From Catajapyx aquilonaris (lineage: Eukaryota): 64,000 nt of DNA. Numbering within the stretch: the stretch's first letter is position 1; each line of letters begins with the position of its first letter. The notes under the pieces were generated by a model, which was given only the letters and a program-made list of their open reading frames with translations, ran no database searches and had not been told where the DNA came from. A program made the position numbers and the translations under genes. Positions 56,201 through 64,000 of the stretch are shown piece after piece. The stretch covers positions 1-64,000 of the forward strand of contig KZ538205.1 in the NCBI GenBank assembly GCA_000934665.2, written 5' to 3'.

Positions 56201-59200
56201 GTTATCTTCAATAATAATCATTCTAACTCGCTCGTTGCTCCACAATGCACCAATATAGCAGACAATAATGTTATCTAGAATTTCTATGAAATAATGTCTT
56301 GTTTCACTCACTTGTCAGGGAAAATACCATACCGACTTCCACTGCCAGTACTTCACTGCTGTGGGATCACACGAACAAGGAGTCTACAAAGTAATTATGT
56401 AATTATGGTAATTATGGAGATTTTGCCCTGCGACCTGTAGCCAATAGATGCAGCCATATGGCATTATTTTCAGAAGTATACTGATGGAGGGTGAATGACA
56501 CTGAATAAGTTTAAGAGGCAGTGCTCCAGCAGATACATTAATAATGCATTGAGGCCAAAAATAAAACATGATCTAGATTTGGAATAACATTTAGCTTACG
56601 TATATACTGTATACCGCGTACTGTACCTATATAGATAACAAAAATGAAAATGAGAAAGATATTCTTGGCCAATATTTTCAGGGCTTTGACCAGTATCACG
56701 GTCATGTATCATGCCGTTTTGACATGTCACTATTGTACCTGTGCTGCGACATAATAAATTTATGCAGTTTTGTGGTCTGCAATTAATTTTCAAGCTGTTG
56801 GACTGGAGGCAGGATACAAATGAACATGTAGCACATTCCATGACTTGAGTGTAGTCACCTGACTAGGGTCAATATTGGAGGAAATACATAATTATATCCT
56901 CCACTCCAGGGTGCACTGCTTTCTGTAATGCATCTCATCTTGCAAAAGCTCAAAAGGGGGGAAGGGCAGTGGCAACAAAGTTTAGTTAAAAAATACAGTT
57001 TTAGAAATATTACGTAAGATTACTCTAGCAATTTCCTAACCTACACGTATACAGTATAAGACACTATTGCAGCAGAAGGAGTTAAAATTGCTCACCTCTG
57101 TTGGTTAAATAAGTTAAAGTGCCGTAAAGAGAGGTCACAGGACTGCTGTTTGCAAACTAGTGAAGCACGCGACCTTAAAAAATAAGGGGGGCAATGCATT
57201 TTTGAGACTCTTGCTGTGTAGAGTTGACCCGCTGGGAAATTAATAATTTCATCCGATCTAAAGACACGGTTTATGGACCTTTACACCGGTGATAAGGCGT
57301 AGTGCAGACGTTTCTTTAGAGTCATTCATATAGCCAGATTTTTCCTCCAGATTGACGCTTTGCAAGGGCCTAACAAAATCTGCTTCGTGAGGATTGTGCT
57401 TTGCGCTATATTCATTCCCTGAGAATTGCATGGGGAAATTCCAGCCCATATACTGCCACTAGCTAAGCAGTCACTTCGATAGATTTCGTGTAATTCCATC
57501 TTCCGCTGAATGGAATTTTTGTATTATTTGACATCATTTCTCCAACACCGGAATCCAAGCAAACCAGGTGAGTTCCCGTGAATAGCATTATTGATGTATC
57601 ATCCTATCTGAGAAAACATGTCACACACTATACTGTGTGGCAACTCTCATGAATATAGATCACGCTAGATATAGGATGACAGTCGTTTCGTGTGTAAGTA
57701 GCGACTGAGGATGAAATGCTGGTTTACATAAATAAATATGTGGGACCCGCCCGAAATGGAGCATGTGGGCGGACAAGAACGCGGCTTCTCACCATTGGTG
57801 TTTATGTCTCCAAAATCGATGGCCATTAAGCACTCTATTGAACACCCCTGTCAAGTTCGGGGTAGATCCGTCCTGCAGGCACTCACAAAAGGCTCTCTAG
57901 CGACTGTAGACATGTGCAAAATGTTGGCATGGGTGCTCATGACTTGGACAGTATTAAAAAGTGAGTCTCATGCTGGTCCTGAACTCAACACCGACCGATT
58001 GTGTGACAGTCCTTATCTCGGTGGTGTTCTAAAGCACCTGGCGAAATTCGAACTGGAGAGACGATTGTTGACTGTTGTTGGCAAATGCTCTGTCCTTGCC
58101 AAAATGATGGCTTCTGAATTGGTGGGGGTTAAAGTACTGGACGGAAATGGACACTGCAACGGGTCAGAGTGGTTGTACTCCGGTGGTGCTCTTATGTTGG
58201 TGGTGGATGACGACGAGAGCTTCCAGACGTCTGTGAGAATCCTGAATGAACTTCTAGAATGCGACTTCAGGGTGGTGTATAGCAGATACATTGTGATATC
58301 GCCTGAGGAGGAATGGAGGCTTGAAATGGCCTCGGAGATGGTGTCGAAGAATCTCTCGGAGGCACTCTTTGTGTCAGTCCCTTTTGTCGGAACTAACATA
58401 TCGCTTTTTGCATACGAATTTTCGACCAATGGCACTCTGGAAAAGCACATCGACACGTGGGACCTGGACCATTATGTATTCAAGGCGGAACTTTTTCCTG
58501 ACAAGTTATCCGACCTGCGGGGTCTGAGGCTCAAAGTCGGCACATTCCATTATCCCCCTTATGTGTTTGCGAGCACCGACAAAGATGGGAACAAAGTGTA
58601 TGACGGTATTGACTTTAGGATCCTGTCAGAAGCGCTGCGGCCCATGAATGCGAGTTATGAGGTCGTGGAGCCGCAGGACGGCAAATGGGGACATTGTACC
58701 AACGGAACATTTTCGGGAATCAGAGGCCAGCTGCAAAGAGGAGAAGTGGACGCCATCATGGGCTGGCTCTGGCTAACCCTGACCAGCAAGGAGGCCGGAC
58801 AGGACACCTTGTGTTACGACAGGGATTATATCACATGGGCCGTGGCTTTTCCAAAACCCTATCCTCCATGGATGGCACTGGTCAGGCCGTTTTCTCCCCA
58901 GCTTTGGATTGTAATGGCCACAACCGCGGTCGTGTCTGTGGTCTGCATTACAGGAGTGGTTAAGTCATTGGGACGAATGGAGACAACCCGGTTGACATCG
59001 GCCAAGCACGCCTTTATGTTGATTGGCGCCGGGCTTCTGGAGCGGACATACCATCTGTTACCGCGGTCTCATTCTGGCCGGATTTTCATGTCATTCTGGC
59101 TCCTGTTTGCCATACTTGTGACTACGGCCTACAAGGCTGCCATGGTGTCTCTGCTGAGCATCAAGCTGGACAAGCCTCCGGTTGATAATGTTAAGGAGCT

Positions 59201-60531
59201 TGGGGAATCCGAGTACGTCTGGGGAGGTGATGAGTTGTACCTTACCTTCATCAACGGAATACAAGACCCTTTGTATAAACCTGTAATTGACAAGTACCAG
59301 CTGATGGAAAACCCTCATGAAGCTATGCAGCGAGTGGTGGTGAAACGTGACCTGGCCTTCTTCAGAGGTCACAAGTACCTTAAGTATTATTTGTTCACCA
59401 AGTACACCGATAAATTCGGGTCTCCTGGTTTCCACATTGCATCCGAAGCCATTCTAAAATTTTCAGTCGTGTGTTACTTGAGACACGGATCTCCATTTCT
59501 GCCTCGAATCAATATAATCATTCGACGCTCGGTGGAAGCCGGATTAATTTCTAAATGGAACCAACTGGTGTTGGATCAGAACACTAATGTGATTCGAAAG
59601 AAAGTAATTCCTGAGACTATCAGAAGAGCGCACAAGTTTTCTTCGTACCACCTCCAAGGCGCCTTCCTGCTCTTATTTCTTGGATTAGCCATTAGCGCTT
59701 CGTTTTTAATGTGCGAGAATTTTCGATACGTTTGCTCCAGAGGAAAAAGAAGCAAGAGGCGTGTGTTTTCATCTGAGCGAACGGACGGCGACTACGAAGC
59801 ATGAAAATGTCCGTTTCGATTCCGTCAACATTTGTGGAAGAGTTCAAACATGGCAGTGTATTAACACAAGCGGGCAATTTATGACCGCTGGTGCGAAAGC
59901 GCTCTGTAAATAACTGTCAGAAGGCAGACCAGTACTCCGACACGCCAGTTTTGATGTAACATTCAAATTAAGGCGTATTTTTTCCCCGAAGCTACTGCAC
60001 TTTTTGTGAATGTTAACCGATGCACTGGTTAATGCATTGTGCTTCAGCACTTGTATAATGTTGCATTTATTCATGATTTAGAGATGCTCGACGACAAGAC
60101 TGTGAAAGGGTCTGATCTGCATGGGCAAGGCACACACTGAATGCAAATCAATAAGCTTGCTTCATGCATTTGTAACGTTAGCTACACTGTGTAAGCACGC
60201 AAACCCAATAATGTAACACCCTATGGTCAAATAACTAGTCAGAAACGGTTATGGTGCTCAATAAGTGGATATTTGATTGTAATAATGACAACACATTGGT
60301 TTGGTAGATAGGCCTACTGTACTTTGTCAGTGGAAGTAAAAGTGGATACTCACCAGTGTTATTAAATGTAAGAAGATGTTCGCAGCATCTGACAGCAGCT
60401 TCGCAACATAGGCGCCAGTTGTTCTGCCAATGTAGTGATATAAACGAATCCAAAAGTGGAGAGTTTGGGTCCGACGCATCTGCAAATCCAATCGGGTGTA
60501 AACGACCCCAATGGGTTTCCATAAAATCGAA
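29214..60531 (-). CDS. hec: Class B (secretin/calcitonin-receptor-like) GPCR, hector/CG4395-type, 5'-partial
   Basis: Exons (minus): 60531-60354 (WRLCCEAAVRCCEHLL), 52884-52762 (CPATWDAWQCWD hormone-binding domain), 49136-48950 (EWSNYTSC, TM1), 47659-47518 (RIIMHKNLF), 41444-41288 (NYMWMFCEGFYLH), 40219-40092, 38687-38602, 38229-38049 (KAVRATLVLVPLFGL, QGFLVALIFCYLNGE), 29567-29214 (C-tail, TGA). Phases join correctly. The extra WxxCCxAAxxCC N-terminal block is, from my recollection of the family, typical of hector rather than Dh31-R. Confidence 0.88.
30700..31830 (-). mobile_element. Heavily decayed non-LTR retrotransposon (LINE) 3' portion
   Basis: Minus-strand translations with stops and frameshifts give RYIYLG (RT thumb YKYLG-like), QYIP (RNase H QWIP-like) and a Cys-containing KRCN..GC..TIRDLPAKC (CCHC-knuckle-like) in the order expected for I-group LINEs. 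Pattern recognition only; boundaries approximate. Confidence 0.4.
32503..32658. mobile_element. piggyBac-like MITE
   Basis: TTAA|CCCTGTAATGCC...GGCATTACAGGG|TTAA, plus a long internal inverted repeat GGGTCATATCTGGCACACCATTTAGTGCAATTT / AAATTGCACTAAATGGTGTGCCAGATATGACCC. Confidence 0.8.
43886..43977. repeat. Near-perfect 92-nt hairpin (about 42-bp arms) in a GPCR intron
   Basis: ACACGTGTACGTTTTATCAATTCAATACTTTCAGCATGAACT - AGCCTAAC - AGTTCATGCTGAAAGCACTGAATTGATAAAACGTACTCGTGT. Confidence 0.85.
57912..59804 (+). CDS. Intronless divergent ionotropic receptor (IR, variant iGluR chemoreceptor)
   Basis: Single 688-codon ORF (57738-59804). The probable start is Met at 57912, which precedes a signal-peptide-like segment (MCKMLAWVLMTWTVL). 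S1 region LFPDKLSDLRGLRLKVGTFHYPPY...DGID...KWG...GQLQRGEVD, pre-M1 ALVRPFSPQLW, M3 RIFMSFWLLFAILVTTAYKAAMVSLL, S2 with SPFLPRINIIIRRSVEAGLISKW, and M4 HLQGAFLLLFLG. Confidence 0.9.
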   Translation: MCKMLAWVLMTWTVLKSESHAGPELNTDRLCDSPYLGGVLKHLAKFELERRLLTVVGKCSVLAKMMASELVGVKVLDGNGHCNGSEWLYSGGALMLVVDDDESFQTSVRILNELLECDFRVVYSRYIVISPEEEWRLEMASEMVSKNLSEALFVSVPFVGTNISLFAYEFSTNGTLEKHIDTWDLDHYVFKAELFPDKLSDLRGLRLKVGTFHYPPYVFASTDKDGNKVYDGIDFRILSEALRPMNASYEVVEPQDGKWGHCTNGTFSGIRGQLQRGEVDAIMGWLWLTLTSKEAGQDTLCYDRDYITWAVAFPKPYPPWMALVRPFSPQLWIVMATTAVVSVVCITGVVKSLGRMETTRLTSAKHAFMLIGAGLLERTYHLLPRSHSGRIFMSFWLLFAILVTTAYKAAMVSLLSIKLDKPPVDNVKELGESEYVWGGDELYLTFINGIQDPLYKPVIDKYQLMENPHEAMQRVVVKRDLAFFRGHKYLKYYLFTKYTDKFGSPGFHIASEAILKFSVVCYLRHGSPFLPRINIIIRRSVEAGLISKWNQLVLDQNTNVIRKKVIPETIRRAHKFSSYHLQGAFLLLFLGLAISASFLMCENFRYVCSRGKRSKRRVFSSERTDGDYEA

Positions 60532-61123
60532 CTGTGGAAGAGAACAGCACGTGTTTTACATGCACGATCATAAATTACATGTAAAAAAAATCAATTTGCG
60601 TACCGGTACTGTACGTACTCGTCCTTGAAGAGCACAATCTATAAAGTGTAAATTAATAACCCTTCACGTTGTAGTCACACATATCCGAGAATAACATGCA
60701 CGTTTGATATAACGATCCACATTTATTTTGCGCAGTTTCTTTTAGTTTCATAAAAAGCTAATGGGTCCAACTAGTGGAATATATTCCTTATAATGTTTTC
60801 AGCACATGCATATATAACAGACAAAGCGGTAGTTGGGTGTGAAGAGGGAATGTGGGTAATATATGGACACCTATCTGAACCTTACAGCTGCACAAAAACC
60901 GCACAAAACCCCTGTATATGCCTGCTTATCAATATACAATATTCATACGTTTCACGCTATTTAAAAAATAGTAAATTCTTGCCTGACCTCCCTTAGTTAA
61001 TGAAATGTCAGTTATAGAGAAGTATACGGTACGCATTCTGTGTCTTTTTTGAATAAATGAGCGGCTGTTTCAATACCTACTGGAAAGAATTTGCGCGCAA
61101 TGACCTGTTAGGATATAGTTTTT

Positions 61124-61413
61124 TTGCATCACCCCATTGGGATTTACTATATCCTTTAGGGGGGTGGATTACCACCATCAGAGATTGGAGCCATATAAGA
61201 TCTTAATTAATTACTACAGGGTAGGTAGGAGGGGATGTGCAAAGTGCAAGTGCAATGTCACTAATGGTCATTTTGTGAGCTCCCCGGGTGGCTTAGTCTG
61301 TCGGAAATTGCCACCCGAAGTGAAGCCAGAGATGGCCCAACTCTGCACGGATAAAGGTGGGAATCCCGGGTGGGGATCGAACCCGGGACCTTAATATCCG
61401 TGGGCGCGTGCGT
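61124..61413 (-). mobile_element. tRNA-derived SINE, 5'-truncated copy with 16-bp TSD
   Basis: High similarity to 11450-11715 (B box GGTTCGATCC retained, A box missing); flanked by the direct repeat TTAGGATATAGTTTTT at 61108-61123 and 61414-61429. Confidence 0.8.
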
Positions 61414-64000
61414 TTAGGATATAGTTTTTAGAGGCATGCTTTGGAGCATTGGAGGTTTCCATGCCCTAACATCTATTGGATTTCTTGAAGGCATTGATTA
61501 CTATGATGAGATGAAAGGATATTCACTTATGCCCTTTGGATCATACAGTTTAATTGATTACTGGATCCATGTCACTAACTGGAACCTGGCCAAAAAAAGG
61601 TGATGAGCGGTCAAATCCCCTGAGGATGGCCAGTCCTATTCATTCTGCTAAAAATAGATCGAAAGCCAAAATCTGCGCTGCTTTCATGCTGGTGCCATGG
61701 AGTCGTGGACAGTGCTGAGAGGGCGAGGGTATAATATGACAGCTTCTCTAATTGGATTAATAAGGACCAGTCTGGAAAAAAGCCCTGCATCCAACACCAG
61801 GTCTTTTTCTGGTGAGAGACGGGTGCAATCTTTTATTCCAAATCGAAGCCAAAAGTTCAGGGATGATATTAAACTCTATAGCCCTTGGCAAAGAGCTGTC
61901 TTTGAGGATTAAAGGGCTATCACCGGGCCATTGATCTGGGTTCTTTCTTTCTTGGAACTTCAAAGGAGTTGGACGCCAAAGTGTCATTCACTCTGATTCT
62001 GATGGGGTGAATAGTCATCGCCAACTGTCTGGGATTTTTATGCAGACATGCAATGCACTCTCTTTCTGAGGCCTAATTTGTGGCACGAATAATGCAATTT
62101 TTTCCACAACTTGATGAATAGATGTGTAGAAGCTCAGCAGGAACTTTGACAAATAAAAAATATCACTGTGCAGGACAATAGTGCAATCTACTAGGCTTAA
62201 TAAAATATCACACTGTTTTTATGCTCTTATGACTGCTGATGTCTTCACTTAAGTATTAAAGACATATTTCAGAACACATGAACGAAAGGTAACTTGAAAT
62301 TTAGATTTGAGGGAACCACAGTATTTATTCGTACTAGTATATTGTAAGTTAAATTGGTTAGGTTTTAGCTTCAACATGAAGAGTGCATGTACTGTACGTA
62401 CAGTATGTGGTATAAGGTAAAATTCAGTCGCGTTTATGTAAAAAAAATAGCACCTTGCCAGCTATACATTTTAGAAACGTGATATTTTTAGCCGTTGTGA
62501 ATTTTGCCTCTGGACCATCTAGGCTCCGAAAGACATTTACTGATACTATAAAATGTGTGAAAAAGAGTGTCGCGTCAAGGTCCCTCTATTTTTACATCCG
62601 GTATAAAATTGTACTAAAGTAACCCAGGAACAATTTACTACTCCTCAACAGGATAGGACGCCAGCAAGAAGGAAACACTGTAGAAAAGATATGACGAAAA
62701 ATGTACTTCCTTATCTGCATAAATTGTTTACGACCACAGTACATTTGCGTGGTATATACGATCCAATTTAAAGCATCTCATCTTTTAATATCATTTTCCA
62801 GCATTGAGGCAGGAACCTTTCCCATTTAAAAAATCCACCCTAAAAATGAATGAAATTGACATTGATCGCCCTTCTCTCCAGTACCTTCCATGCGGTTTTA
62901 CGTAACGCCCCTAGACATAAGCTCAAAAGTTAAATATTTCATGAGCGACCCAACCCATCCATGACGTATTTATGGTGCTAGCTGCGGTAAACAGGAAGCA
63001 CAGAGATCATTCAGCAGCACTTTTTAAAAATCATCTAGTCCTTGAACACAGAAAAAACCTTACCCCCCATCAGCATCAAAGCTTGATCTTCCCTTTTCAG
63101 TGTATATCTGTTTTTTTTTTAAAAAAAAGGAGCAAGATATTCTGACCATCGGGCTTTTCAATAGGCCAGATCGATCCTCGGAGGCCCACGACGGGGAAGA
63201 TAGTAGAGACGGATGCAGAAAAGTGCCTCCTGAATGTGGCCCGGAGAAAAAAGCAGCCGGATTTCTGTCACTCTCCGCCCAAGATGGCCTCGTTCTAACG
63301 AAAGAGAACCACCGAGGTTTACCCTGAAAACGGACTGCTGCAACCACTTGAATGCTAAATCAATTGCAGTGGCCAGCTCCAACCCCCCAAAAAACTGAAT
63401 GAGCGGTAGAGTGTTAAAGCACGTAATGGGCTCTACTTTACAAAGTTAGTGAGTGGGAAATGTTTCCAGCTTTGAAACGGCGATCTAAAGGAATGTCCAG
63501 TCCCCCGGAGCCAATCATATTACACCTCATGTATTTCAAAACCGACGTGTGCAGTGCTTCACTTTGAATGCGAATGTTTCGGGTGCTGATACTTGTTTAG
63601 CGAAGTTGCTCTCGGTCAATGAAATACGTAGATTTTAGCCTTGGTTTTACTCGTGGGAAGGATTGAAACCTCTGTGGGAGATGTTTCCTGTCTTGTTACC
63701 TGCACCAAGATGCATTATTTAGAGATTTGGGAAAAGTTGAGGCCCACCTGTGGTCTGATCCAGTACAATATTAATGTGCCAGTATGGGGAGATGTAACAC
63801 ACTTCCCAATAGGACATCAATAATGTATTACTACTCTCCTGTAACGTCAACTAGTTACACAATTTGTGTAGATTCAACAGAAAAGGTAACACCTGTTGGA
63901 TTAAAACTGCACCAGGAACGCTATGCATACAATGGATTCCACCACAGTATGAAATAAATTATGTAATGACATAATGTGCTGCCTGAAATTTAGGTATTGC

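Noticed and set aside
63060..63347. Minus-strand ORF with a GTAAGG donor as the GPCR first coding exon
   Set aside because: The open frame ends in phase 2 while the 60531 exon needs phase 0 (that frame has a TGA), and it has no signal peptide or Cys motif.

Overview
Eukaryotic, intron-containing genomic DNA, most consistent with an arthropod (inferred from a hector-type class B GPCR and an ionotropic receptor). The first ~21 kb is a compact cluster of four genes. Selenoprotein H (+) has an in-frame UGA in a CxxU motif and a clear SECIS in its 3'UTR. 6-phosphogluconate dehydrogenase (-) has 8 exons plus a candidate alternative first exon with a myristoylation motif. Mitochondrial citrate synthase (-) has 4 exons. 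A secernin (+) lies head-to-head with citrate synthase and carries a pair of mutually exclusive duplicated exons. From ~29 kb to ~60.5 kb lies a long-intron hector/calcitonin-receptor-like GPCR (-), whose first coding exon was not found in the window; one of its introns hosts an intronless divergent ionotropic receptor on the opposite strand. Introns and intergenic DNA hold non-autonomous DNA transposons (Tc1/mariner-, PIF/Harbinger-, hAT-, Kolobok- and piggyBac-like ends), a tRNA-derived SINE, a decayed LINE and an apparent excess of TACWGTA heptamers that look like Tc1 excision footprints. All gene models were assembled by eye from GT-AG sites and reading-frame phase; no database searches were run.
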